A stretch of 34,484 nucleotides of DNA, taken from assembly GCA_950072105.1 (NCBI GenBank), contig CATMOE010000040.1, positions 1-34,484 on the forward strand, read 5' to 3'. The position numbers and the translations under genes are program-made. Of the stretch, positions 1 to 9,226 are shown one piece after another (the stretch's first letter is position 1; the number at the start of each line of letters is the position of its first letter). The notes under the pieces are model-generated. The model did no database searches. It was not told the origin of the DNA and saw only the letters and a list, made by a program, of their open reading frames with translations. The stretch is from an uncultured Dehalococcoidia bacterium. Lineage in GTDB: Bacteria; Chloroflexota; Dehalococcoidia; Lucifugimonadales; UBA3495.

Positions 1-1802
1 TCATAGGGTGAATAGGACTTGATGTAGTCGTAGAATCGCTGGTCGTTGGGATTGCCCCACTCGTTGTACTCCATGGTCGTCAAAGGCAGGGTGTCGTCCA
101 GCATGGTGTTCAAGACGTCCACGAACGGGACGTCGGCGATGGCTGCCTTGAACAAGTCGGGACGCAGGTTCACAACAGCCCCCATCAGCATCCCGCCGGC
201 GCTGCCACCCGAGGCAACGATTCTGCCTTTAGTCGTATAGCCTTCGTTGATCAGGTGCTCGGCGCAGGCGATGAAGTCGGTAAACGTATTCTTCTTATTG
301 AGTAGCTTGCCGCCTTCGTACCAATCCCAGCCCAGGTCCATACCACCTCGGACATGGGTGATTGCGAAGATGTAGCCCCGATCGACCAGGCTCAGCCGAA
401 CTGAACTGAAATCGGAGTCAATTATGATTCCGTAGGACCCGTAGCCGTACAGATAAAGGGGCGCGGATCCGTCCAGAGGAGTGTCCTTGGCGTAGAGCAG
501 GGATATGGGGATCTGAGTTCCATCCGCCGCCGTGGCGAACACCCTTCGTGACTGGTATTTTTCCGGGGAGAAATCTCCCAGGACCTCGGTTTGCTTTCGG
601 AACTCCCGCTCCCGGGTATTCATGTCGTAGTCGTAGACGGTTGCCGGAGTAGTCAAGGAGGCGTAAGAAAACCGCAGGATAGGGCTGTCCCATTCCCGGC
701 CTCCCTGGAGTCTCACGGCGTAGTCTTCTTCGTCCAGGGTTAAATCATGGCTAGTCCCGGCGGCCAGGTCCATGATCCGTACTTGAGGCAGTCCGTTGGA
801 GCGGTAGTAGAGGACGAAATAATCTTGGGAAACACCGATGCCCGCTATGGGACGGCCGAGCACGTGGGGAACGAAGTCTCTCCAATCGTCTGAGCCTGGC
901 GCCGAGATCAGCGTTTCTGATACCTTGAAATCTCTGGCGCCATCCCCGTTGTTGCGGATCAGGAAACGGTCGCCGTGGTGGTCAACGTCGTATTCAAAGT
1001 CGGCACGACGAGGCTCGATCATAGTTAACTTACTGCTGGGATCGCCGGCGTCCATGAAATACCACTCCGACATGTTGTTGCCCGAAGACGCGACGAAGAT
1101 GAACCGTTTGCTGGACGATTTGGCTACGCCGACGAAGAAACGCTCATCGGTTTCTTCATAAACCAACTCATCATTGGCAGGGTCATCACCCAGCCGGTGT
1201 TTGAAAATCTTGACCGGACGATGATTTTCGTCCAGCACATCATAGAAAATGGTTTGATTGTCATTGGCCCATTCAAGAGAGTAATAGGAATTGGGGATGG
1301 CTTCGCCCAGTAGCTCACCGGTATCTAGATTCTTGATCACGATTGTGTATTGCTCTGACCCGTCAGTATCGACCGAATAAGCCAGCCACTTGTGGTCCGG
1401 GCTGTTTTCCCAACTGCCAACCCGGCAGTAGTCTTGACCTTCAGCTAACTCGTTCACGTTGATGAGAATCTCTTCCGGGGCGTCCAGGGACAGGCGCTTA
1501 CGGCAATGGATAGGATACTGCTTGCCCTCTTCGAACCGGGTGTAGTAGTAGTAATCCCCTTCCTTCTCCGGAACGGTAGAATCGTCCTCTTTGATCCGGC
1601 CCCTCATCTCCAGGAAGAGTTGTTCCTGTAGCTCCTCCTCTGGAGCCATCACGGCTTCGGTATAGGCGTTCTCGGCGCGCAGGTACGCCAATGTCTCGGG
1701 ATCATCGACATCGCGAAGCCAGAACCAAGGATCGACCCGAGTATCGCCGTGGGTCGTTATTTCTTGGGGCCTTTGCGGGGCGCTAGGGGTCGGGTCAGTC
1801 AT
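1..1802 (-). CDS. ptrB: Oligopeptidase B (S9A prolyl oligopeptidase family), 3' end truncated by the window
   Basis: Not in the ORF track because it runs off the edge. Manual translation from ATG 1802 (GGAG RBS upstream) gives MTDPTPSAPQRPQEITTHGDTRVDPWFWLRD...AYLRAENAY, the nucleophile motif GGSAGG at about 190-210, and EYNEWGNP...YDYIKSYSPY at the edge. Confidence 0.93.
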   Translation of the reverse strand, partial: MTDPTPSAPQRPQEITTHGDTRVDPWFWLRDVDDPETLAYLRAENAYTEAVMAPEEELQEQLFLEMRGRIKEDDSTVPEKEGDYYYYTRFEEGKQYPIHCRKRLSLDAPEEILINVNELAEGQDYCRVGSWENSPDHKWLAYSVDTDGSEQYTIVIKNLDTGELLGEAIPNSYYSLEWANDNQTIFYDVLDENHRPVKIFKHRLGDDPANDELVYEETDERFFVGVAKSSSKRFIFVASSGNNMSEWYFMDAGDPSSKLTMIEPRRADFEYDVDHHGDRFLIRNNGDGARDFKVSETLISAPGSDDWRDFVPHVLGRPIAGIGVSQDYFVLYYRSNGLPQVRIMDLAAGTSHDLTLDEEDYAVRLQGGREWDSPILRFSYASLTTPATVYDYDMNTREREFRKQTEVLGDFSPEKYQSRRVFATAADGTQIPISLLYAKDTPLDGSAPLYLYGYGSYGIIIDSDFSSVRLSLVDRGYIFAITHVRGGMDLGWDWYEGGKLLNKKNTFTDFIACAEHLINEGYTTKGRIVASGGSAGGMLMGAVVNLRPDLFKAAIADVPFVDVLNTMLDDTLPLTTMEYNEWGNPNDQRFYDYIKSYSPY

Positions 1803-1853
1803 CTATTTCTCCAAACGGAGTAAGACGCGTTCAGGCCTTACACTTCCGAGCAA

Positions 1854-2681
1854 TCAAATTTCCATCGGTGTATCTTCCCGGTTGGCCCATTCAAACATGG
1901 ATGCGTCGTAATTCCGGGCGTGTTCGAAGCCCAGCATCCGAAGTACAAAGGTGCCGTGCGCCGCACGGAGGCCGGCCTGTCAATAGGCGAAGATGGCCTT
2001 GTCCGGGGTTATCCCGTGGCTGTCCAGGATCGAGTGCATCTCTTGAGGAGACTTGAATCGGTGAGTGTCCCGGTCCATCAGGTCGGACCATTCCAGGTGA
2101 GCCGCTCCGGCAACGTGACCCTTCCGCTGGCCGCGGCGGTCGACCGTGCCATCGTATTCTCCTGACGTCCGAGTGTCCCAGTTGACCACATCCGGAAGGC
2201 GGCAACCCGCCAAGACTTCTTCCATCTCGACGATCAATGACTTATCGACGTGGGAGGTGAAGATTACGTCCTGGTTTATAACGGCCCGGTCAAAGCTCAC
2301 CGGGCTGCCTTCGCCGGACCAGCGCCGCCAGCCTCCGTCAAGGATTTTCACGTTGGGGTGACCGTTGTAGTTCATGACCCACCAGAATCGGGCGGCGCTC
2401 AGACTCATATTATTATCATAGACCACCACCGTCGTGTCGTCGCCGATGCCGAGAGCCTGGCAGGTGGCCGCAAATCTTTCTGGCGGGAAAGTGTGCACCA
2501 ATCCGGTTTCCGGATCCCTCTCATAATTATCCAGCAACATGACCGCGCCCGGAATGTGTCCCCTGGAGTAACCGGCTTCGGTGTCGATGTCCAAGACCAC
2601 AACATCAGCGTCTTCCCGGTGGGACTGGACCCAGGCTGGGTCGACCAGATATTCAGGGTGAGCGAATCCGTGGGTTGTCAT
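1854..2681 (-). CDS. Tandem-domain rhodanese / sulfurtransferase (SseA/TST-like), probable selenoprotein with Sec at TGA 1980-1982; 275 aa
   Basis: GHIPGA, VVVYD...AARFWW, ILDGGW and GHVAGA motifs. Reading through the TGA gives AY-U-QAGLRAAHGTFVLRMLGFEHARNYDASMFEWANREDTPMEI*, the normal rhodanese active-site loop and C-terminal YDxSxxEW signature. Confidence 0.9.
1954..1968 (-). promoter_or_regulatory. Candidate bacterial SECIS hairpin
   Basis: On the mRNA: UGA-CAGGCCGGCCU-CCGUGC-GGC-GCACGG. A 6-bp GC-rich stem starts 11 nt after the UGA and its apical loop begins with G. Confidence 0.65.
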
Positions 2682-2751
2682 ATCTCTCCTGTTGGATGAG
2701 TCACGTTAATATGATTGACAGGACCGCAGTACGTGGTGGAGGCTGCCCGGA

Positions 2752-2780
2752 ACTATAAATGTGTGTCCCCAAAGTGTCAA
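2752..2780 (-). promoter_or_regulatory. Sigma70-type promoter for the sulfurtransferase (possibly also ptrB)
   Basis: TTGACA (2780-2775), 17 nt spacer, TATAGT (2757-2752) on the minus strand. Confidence 0.65.
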
Positions 2781-2822
2781 AGCCGATCCGGTGCGGTTCA
2801 TGTCTATAAAGCCATCCACCAC

Positions 2823-2831
2823 TGATACAAT
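2823..2831 (+). promoter_or_regulatory. Extended -10 element upstream of the GlcG-like gene
   Basis: TG-A-TACAAT about 50 nt before ATG 2879, with an AGGAG RBS in between. Confidence 0.45.
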
Positions 2832-2878
2832 CCACGGTGCAAAACATAGGATCCATCTGAGGAAGGAGAGTTAATCAT

Positions 2879-3331
2879 ATGGCAACACCCCAAGACGAAG
2901 TAAGACCCTGCATGGAGATTTCCGACACCCAACTGAAATTAGACCAAGTGCAAGCGGCGATGAAGGTCATGATGGAGCGCGCTCGATCGATATCCGACAC
3001 TCCGGTTTGTCTTGCCATCGTGGACGCAGCGGGAAATTTGGAAGCCTTCGCTAAGATGGACAACGCGCGATTGTTCACCAGGAGGCATGCGGTGCGTAAG
3101 GCCTATACCGCCGCCGTGCTGGGGATCAACTCCTTGGCTTGGGAGGAGCGCATGTCCAGTATAGACCGCAGCGTCAGTGAGAACGGGGATCCGATGATTA
3201 CCTACGAGCAAGGCGGTGTAGTCATCATCAAGGACGGCGCGATCTTGGGAGGGATCGGTGTTGGTGGATTGCGCGGCCATAACGCCGATGAAGACTTGGG
3301 AAAGCTTGGATTGGAGGCGATGAACCTGTAA
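2879..3331 (+). CDS. GlcG/HbpS (PduO-C) family heme-binding protein
   Basis: PVCLAIVDAAGNL...KMDNA...AVRKAYTA and GGVVIIKDGAILGGIGVGG motifs. Confidence 0.88.
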   Translation: MATPQDEVRPCMEISDTQLKLDQVQAAMKVMMERARSISDTPVCLAIVDAAGNLEAFAKMDNARLFTRRHAVRKAYTAAVLGINSLAWEERMSSIDRSVSENGDPMITYEQGGVVIIKDGAILGGIGVGGLRGHNADEDLGKLGLEAMNL

Positions 3332-3409
3332 ACGGGTTTTAGTCGCAAGTTGGAGCCGCGCTTATTCAGCGGATCAGGAATACAGGTTTGAATGTACAGG
3401 AGGGCAATC

Positions 3410-3796
3410 ATGCCGATCATCGACCACAGCAAAGCACCGGAAGTGCCCTGGAGGCCCGGCTATCGCAAATGGGACGTGACTGGAAGGGAGCAAGGCGTAA
3501 CCAGCACCTTCAGCCTTAACACCGGCGAACCGGGGACCGGAGCGCCGCTGCACACCCACACCATTGACGAGTTGATCGTTATCATGGAGGGTACTCTGGA
3601 AGTGCGCATCGATGGGGAAACCCACATCGTCCCGAAGAACCACACCGTGGCCATCCCACCCGGCGCGGAGCACGCGTTCACGGTCATTGGCGATCAGGCC
3701 GCCGAGATGTTGGTGTTCTTCCCCGCCTTGGACCCTTATTCGGAGGAACACACCCATTACCTGGAAGGCGCCCGTCCGGCCTCGGTCAAAGACTGA
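3410..3796 (+). CDS. Cupin domain protein
   Basis: PLHTHTIDELIVIMEG and IPPGAEHAF cupin metal motifs. Start placed at ATG 3410 because AGGAGG lies at 3398-3403. Confidence 0.88.
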   Translation: MPIIDHSKAPEVPWRPGYRKWDVTGREQGVTSTFSLNTGEPGTGAPLHTHTIDELIVIMEGTLEVRIDGETHIVPKNHTVAIPPGAEHAFTVIGDQAAEMLVFFPALDPYSEEHTHYLEGARPASVKD

Positions 3797-3920
3797 GTTA
3801 CCTGATTGACATCTGCTAGGGTTATCGGGTTTGCCTGACGCTGCCGTACGGGATGCCAGGGCGATTGCGTCTTATTCTGTCTCATAGCGATAAAGGACAT
3901 TACGAAGATGGAACCCCGCT

Positions 3921-4021
3921 CGTCGTTCCCGCGCAGGCGGGAACCCAGGAACTTAGCCTTCTGCGTCCGGTTCGCTTTTCTGCCGAACGTCCAATGGATT
4001 CCCGCCTGCGCGGGAATGACG
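3921..4021. repeat. Inverted pair of REP/dRS3-like palindromic repeats
   Basis: CGTCGTTCCCGCGCAGGCGGGAACCCA (3921-3947) faces TGGATTCCCGCCTGCGCGGGAATGACG (3995-4021), 25/27 complementary. Each copy is itself a TTCCCGC..GCGGGAA palindrome. Confidence 0.85.
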
Positions 4022-4175
4022 ATTGTCAACAAAGGGACCGCCGACCCGGCCGCTCGGGATTCTCTCTAGCCGCATTAAGACGCGATTGCCCTGGAAGGGA
4101 TGCTTGGGAGCGGTCTCTGGCCTCCAAGCTGGTGTAGAATTGACCCGTTCCGGCCAACAGCGATAGGAGGCTCTC

Positions 4176-5345
4176 ATGAAGGATCATGTTGACGTCTACT
4201 TCCATTCCCAACAGCCTTATTCCCATGTGAAGGAAGAGGACATCAGCCGGTACGATTCCGGGCGATTAGACTTTCCCAACACCTATTTCGACCCTGAGAA
4301 GGCCCACGCGCTATACAACCAGTACCATGAACAATATGTGCTGGCTGACGAAGAGGGAGTCGACGGCATCATGACCAACGAGCATCATTCCGCTTTTTGG
4401 AACATGAAGCCCTCGGCCAATCTTGACGCCGCCGTTATCAGCAAAATCACTCATAAGGTCAAGATCGCAATCTTGGGGAATATTCTCCCGATCAGCGACC
4501 CGGTGCGTATGGCGGAAGAACTGGCCATGCTGGACTGCTATTCCGGAGGGCGGCTGGTTTCCGGGTTCGTACGTGGCGGGGCGGTGGAGACGCTGGTAGC
4601 GGGTCTAGATCCCACGGAGAACCGGGAGCGGTTTGAAGAGGCCCATGACCTGATCATGCAGTGTTGGACCAAGCCTGGGCCGTTTCGTTGGGAGGGCAAA
4701 TACTACCATCGGCGGATAGTGAACCCTTGGGTATTGCCCATCCAAAAACCGCACCCACCCATATGGTTTCCCGGCGGCAGCAGCCCTGAAAGCGTGATGT
4801 GGGCCGCCAATCGAGGTTACACCTACGTGAACCTGGGCGCCTTGATGGATCTCACCCTGGAACTCAAGCAGGTCTACATCGACACCGCTCACCAGGCCGG
4901 ATTCAATCCCGGACCGGAGCACTTTGGCTACCAACTCCGGGCGGTGGTGGCGGACACCGACGAAAAGGCTCATGAGATCGGACGAGGTTTCTTGTGGAAC
5001 GTGGAACATCGGATGCGAGGGCCGGCGGAGCATAACGACCCGCCGGGATACCAGTCTCGGGTTGCCAGTGAATTAAACCGGCGCCGGGCTGGGGGTCCGA
5101 CAAGAAGAATGACCTACGAAGACCTGCAGGAAGTTGGCGCCATCGTCGTCGGCAGCCCGGAAACGGTGATCAAGAAATTGGCCAACACGGTGGAGCAGCT
5201 TAACCCCGGCTATCTGATCCTGATCGGCAGCGACGGCAGCATCGCCCATAAGGATGTCATGCGTTCTATCGAACTGCTGGGACGGGAGGTGATTCCAGCT
5301 TTGCACGAAATAAAGCTGCAGGCCTACGACTCTCCTAACCTGTAA
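4176..5345 (+). CDS. LLM-class (luciferase-like) flavin-dependent monooxygenase/oxidoreductase
   Basis: DGIMTNEHH, PVRMAEELAMLDCYSGGRLVSGFVRG, PIQKPHPPIW and VGSPETV motifs; AGGAGG RBS. Confidence 0.92.
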   Translation: MKDHVDVYFHSQQPYSHVKEEDISRYDSGRLDFPNTYFDPEKAHALYNQYHEQYVLADEEGVDGIMTNEHHSAFWNMKPSANLDAAVISKITHKVKIAILGNILPISDPVRMAEELAMLDCYSGGRLVSGFVRGGAVETLVAGLDPTENRERFEEAHDLIMQCWTKPGPFRWEGKYYHRRIVNPWVLPIQKPHPPIWFPGGSSPESVMWAANRGYTYVNLGALMDLTLELKQVYIDTAHQAGFNPGPEHFGYQLRAVVADTDEKAHEIGRGFLWNVEHRMRGPAEHNDPPGYQSRVASELNRRRAGGPTRRMTYEDLQEVGAIVVGSPETVIKKLANTVEQLNPGYLILIGSDGSIAHKDVMRSIELLGREVIPALHEIKLQAYDSPNL

Positions 5346-5362
5346 CTGGGGCGGTGTCCCGG

Positions 5363-8300
5363 TTAGGGGGGCGTATAGTCCACCGTAAGCTTGGGCCGCT
5401 CTTCCTTCTTCCGGGTTTCACTGGAATGGAAGTCCGCCCCGTTCGTTGAGTTCTCGATGAAGACCCAACCTTCGTTGAGATGGCCATCCGACCAAAGCTG
5501 TAGGCTGGCCGTCACGTCCAGGCTCTGGAAACCGGATCTGGTCATCGGGAAGTTGCCGACAGCCACGGCCGCATGCGAGCCTGTCCCGTCGGCGCCGGCA
5601 TCGCTCCAGTTGACATCATCCCTTCGCTCACGCCAGGTCACTTCGGACTCGTCCCAAGATTCAATAATGCGGTAGACGGTTGGATCCTGATTCGTAGTGT
5701 TGGTCATTCTCAACGTCAATGTGGCGCTGTTGATGGTGGAACCCAACGGTATCTGATTTTCGCCGGTTCCGAAGATATTAGGGAACTTCAAGACAACGTG
5801 TGCATGCGCCCCCTGGCCGTCGACGTTCAGGGACCGATTATTTCCGGCGTTGTCATTGGGGTCGTTAGCTTCTAGCTCGGCGTCGTCGGTTTCGGAGACT
5901 GAACCCTTTCCATCGCCCTTTTGGAAAGTAACGTCTGTCGCTTGGGGTGGCGGCGTCGGAACATCGGTTATACCGTTGTGGCCCGCCGCGAAGTTTTGGG
6001 ATACGTCAGCCTGCGTCAGGGCCCGGTCGTAGATTGCCACCAGGTAAAACTTGCCCAACCAGGCCCGGTTGTTTGACAGTTCGTTGGCCAGAGCGAACCG
6101 GAAAGAGTTGCTCCAATTGCCGAAAGTCGACGGCGTGTTCCCCGTGGCTGCCAGATTACCATTGATGTAAGTCCGGGTCTCTCCGGAGGGATGGCTTCGG
6201 GTGAACACTACGTGGTCGAGTCTGGCGGTCAGGGAGCCGCCGGGAGTTCTCAAAGACGGTATCCCGTTGTTGTTGGTGGATGTGGTGCGTAGTCTGGTGT
6301 CGTAGGAACTGTCCTCCTGGCCCAAGGTAAAGTTCCGAGATGACGTGCCGGACGACAATGTAACGATACGGGCGGGACCGTCTTGCGTGATGTTATCCGG
6401 TTGGATCCATGCCTCGATCGTGATTTCGTTAGTTTCCTTGAGAGCCCCGATGATCTTGCTGGCGGCGCCATGCGATTTAATGACGGTTGATGATTTGACG
6501 AACAAAGCGCCGTCTCGCCGGGCTACGTCGTCCATATCGTCCACCGTTAGGTTCAAAGGTGTTCCAACGCCGGAGACATCTAGGACCGTGGCTCCGCTGG
6601 TCTCTTCGAAGTCGTAGAGCGCCACCAAGCCCTGGTTGACCCGGATTCCCCCCGGAGGCGGTTGAGGCACCGGTGGGGTAACGCCATTGGGACCCGCTTG
6701 GAAATTCTGGCTTACGTCTGCCGGGGATAGGTCCCGGTCATATATGGCTACCAGGTGCAACTCTCCCAGCCAGGCCCGATTCAACGTAAACTCATTGGCC
6801 AGGGCGAACCGGAAGTCATCGTCCCATCTGTTGAAGGTGGAGACCGCCGAGCCGGTAGCGACCAGGTCGCCGTTTATGTATGTCCGAGTCTCGCCCGATG
6901 GGTGGCTGCGGGTATACATCACATGGGTAAGATCGGTGGTCAGGGACCCATTGGGAGTCCTCAGCGATGGGGTGCCGTTGTCGCTGGTGGACGTGGTGCG
7001 CAGCCGAGTGTCGTAGGCGTCGCGCTCTTGACCCAGGGTAAAGTTCCGCTTCCTGGTGTCCTTGGACAGGGTGATGATGCGGGCGGGGCCGTTTTGGGTA
7101 GTGTTGGCGGGTTTGAGCCAGGCTTCAATCGTAATCTCATTCGTGAACTGAAGCGCGTCAATCAACTTGATAGCGGCATCGTCCGACTGAACAATGGTCG
7201 AAGAGTCGATGGATAGGGCGCCGTTCGGGCGGGAGACGGCGTTGGAGTTTCGGATGTCGAGATTTAACGGCGAACCAACGCCGGACACGTCGTGGACTGT
7301 ATTCCCACTGGTTTCCTCGAAATCGTAAAGGACCACCAGGCCTTCGCTGACCCGGGCGACGTTGGACGGTGGTGTGGACACCGTGATGTTAATCGACTCG
7401 CTGCCTGCCGCCCCCAGACTGTCCGTAGCCGTAAGGGTGATGGTGTGGATGCCCGCGCCCAGGGACACGTTTATAGACGTTCCGGTACCGATCTGACCGG
7501 CCAAGTTGGAGCTCCATACCAGTGAAGATCCGGTCAGATTGCCGTCCTCGGCGTCTGAACCCGTTCCGGCGAAGTTGATGGTGTCGGTGGTCAAGAAGGT
7601 AAACACGTCGTCGGGGATATTGATCGACGCCGAAGGGGGATTATTAACGGGCGCGGGATCAACGTTGGTATTGATTGAGGCGGTGCCCGACACTCCCTGG
7701 CTGTCCGTAGCCGTGAGGGTGATAGTGTGGGTGCCGGCGTCAAGGGACACGCTTATCGACGTTCCGGTCCCGATCTGACCGGCCAGATTAGAACTCCACA
7801 CCAGTGAAGCGCCGGTCAATACACCGTCCTCGGCGTCCAAACCGGACCCGTTAAAATGGATCGTTTCGGTGGTCAGGAAAGTAAAGCCATCGTCGGGGTC
7901 GCCGATGGACGCCGTCGGCGGTAAATTCACGGTAAGGTTGATCGAGTGGCTGCCCGTTGCTCCGAGGCTATCCGTAGCGGTAAGTGTAATGGTGTGGTTG
8001 CCTCCCCCAAGGGAAAGGCTTATCGATGTTCCGGTCCCGATCTGACCCGCTAGGCTTGAACGCCACACCAAAGACAAACCCGTCAATTCTCCATCCTCGG
8101 GATCAGATCCCGTGCCGGTGAAGTTGATCGTGTCGGTGGTCAGGTAGTTGAAGACATCGTCCGGGGTGTTGATGGACGCAGTGGGCGCGTCGTTTCCGGG
8201 CGGCGGATTTACTGTGATGCTGATAGATTCGTTGCCCGTGGCGCCCAGGCTGTCAGTGGCGGTAAAAGTGATGAGATGGATGCCGGCGCTGAGGGAGATA

Positions 8301-9139
8301 CTTATGGATTCCCCGTCGCCAATGGTCCCTTCCAGGTCCGAGGTCCATACCAGCGAAGAACCGGACAGTGAACCGTCTTCAGCATCCGACCCGGTCCCGG
8401 CAAAGCTGATGGAATCGGTGGTCAGATAGACAAATACATCGTCAGGGATATTTATCGATGCCGTGGGAGCCTCGTTTGTTGGCGCCTCGTTCACCGTAAT
8501 GCTTACCGTAGCGGTCCCGATGTCTCCGTGGTTGTCCGTGGCCAACAGAGAGATGATTTGGTTTCCCGGGCTCAACGAAGCGCTAAAGGACTCCCCTGTC
8601 CCGATCTGACCGTCGATGTTGGAGGTCCATACCAAGGCGTTCCCAGAAAGCTGGCCGTCCTGAGCATCGAAGGCAGAGCCGGTAAAAGTGATGCTGTCGG
8701 ATGTCAGAAAGGTGACGTTGCCCGCCGGAGCGCTGATGGATGCCACCGGGCGCGAATTGAAAGGCGTAGACGAATTGACCGAAACGTTGATGGAAGCGGT
8801 GTCGAAGGCCACCGCGCTATCCTTTGCTTTGAGGGTGATGACGTGGTCGCCAACGCTCAGAGAGGCGTCTATAGGAGATCCAATGCCTATCTGACCGTTG
8901 ATGCTGGAAGTCCACACCAAGGAATTCCCCGACAGTTGGCCGTCCTCGCCGTCCAAGCCGGAGCCAGTGAATCTGATGCTGCTGCTGGGTGGGAAGGTCG
9001 ATCCATTCGCGGGACTGGTGATCGATGCCGTAGGACGGGTATTGCCAGGAATGTTCGGTGTCGGCACCGGCTCGCCTGGTCCCTGTATGTCTTGTACGAA
9101 TCCTTGAATCTTGGGGAAGTGGGCGAAAAGGGTTTGCAC
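5363..9139 (-). CDS. Large extracellular adhesin-like body: 6 Ig/PKD-like repeats, 2 LamG-like (ConA lectin fold) domains and a C-terminal DNRLRE-like domain; probably the 3' part of a gene starting at 9790
   Basis: Six roughly 90-aa repeats (PTASI..P...F.GxGxDxEDGxLxGxSLVWxS...GxHxITLTATDS), two GLVxLYDFEETSG...ITIEAW...GPARI repeats, and a C-terminal SATLTL...WDESEVTW...FHSSE..RPKLTVDY. It has no signal peptide of its own and is in frame with the upstream pilin. Confidence 0.85.
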   Translation of the reverse strand: MQTLFAHFPKIQGFVQDIQGPGEPVPTPNIPGNTRPTASITSPANGSTFPPSSSIRFTGSGLDGEDGQLSGNSLVWTSSINGQIGIGSPIDASLSVGDHVITLKAKDSAVAFDTASINVSVNSSTPFNSRPVASISAPAGNVTFLTSDSITFTGSAFDAQDGQLSGNALVWTSNIDGQIGTGESFSASLSPGNQIISLLATDNHGDIGTATVSITVNEAPTNEAPTASINIPDDVFVYLTTDSISFAGTGSDAEDGSLSGSSLVWTSDLEGTIGDGESISISLSAGIHLITFTATDSLGATGNESISITVNPPPGNDAPTASINTPDDVFNYLTTDTINFTGTGSDPEDGELTGLSLVWRSSLAGQIGTGTSISLSLGGGNHTITLTATDSLGATGSHSINLTVNLPPTASIGDPDDGFTFLTTETIHFNGSGLDAEDGVLTGASLVWSSNLAGQIGTGTSISVSLDAGTHTITLTATDSQGVSGTASINTNVDPAPVNNPPSASINIPDDVFTFLTTDTINFAGTGSDAEDGNLTGSSLVWSSNLAGQIGTGTSINVSLGAGIHTITLTATDSLGAAGSESINITVSTPPSNVARVSEGLVVLYDFEETSGNTVHDVSGVGSPLNLDIRNSNAVSRPNGALSIDSSTIVQSDDAAIKLIDALQFTNEITIEAWLKPANTTQNGPARIITLSKDTRKRNFTLGQERDAYDTRLRTTSTSDNGTPSLRTPNGSLTTDLTHVMYTRSHPSGETRTYINGDLVATGSAVSTFNRWDDDFRFALANEFTLNRAWLGELHLVAIYDRDLSPADVSQNFQAGPNGVTPPVPQPPPGGIRVNQGLVALYDFEETSGATVLDVSGVGTPLNLTVDDMDDVARRDGALFVKSSTVIKSHGAASKIIGALKETNEITIEAWIQPDNITQDGPARIVTLSSGTSSRNFTLGQEDSSYDTRLRTTSTNNNGIPSLRTPGGSLTARLDHVVFTRSHPSGETRTYINGNLAATGNTPSTFGNWSNSFRFALANELSNNRAWLGKFYLVAIYDRALTQADVSQNFAAGHNGITDVPTPPPQATDVTFQKGDGKGSVSETDDAELEANDPNDNAGNNRSLNVDGQGAHAHVVLKFPNIFGTGENQIPLGSTINSATLTLRMTNTTNQDPTVYRIIESWDESEVTWRERRDDVNWSDAGADGTGSHAAVAVGNFPMTRSGFQSLDVTASLQLWSDGHLNEGWVFIENSTNGADFHSSETRKKEERPKLTVDYTPP
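7376..9045 (-). repeat. Six tandem intragenic Ig/PKD-like domain repeats
   Basis: Recurrent DNA words such as ccgatctgacc, and the recurring peptide DxEDGxLxGxSLVWxS. Boundaries approximate. Confidence 0.8.
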
Positions 9140-9226
9140 CTTGCCTTCATGATCTATATAAAACGTATAGGACCCGGCGCCACCCGTTACGTTGTTACTG
9201 GATGCGGACGCCGGTACTTTCTGCAG

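Noticed and set aside
3757..4226. Short ORFs across the repeat region, and 14550..14882 with NDSGRG/TTVI repeats
   Set aside because: They are translations of the palindromic and tandem repeats rather than credible genes.
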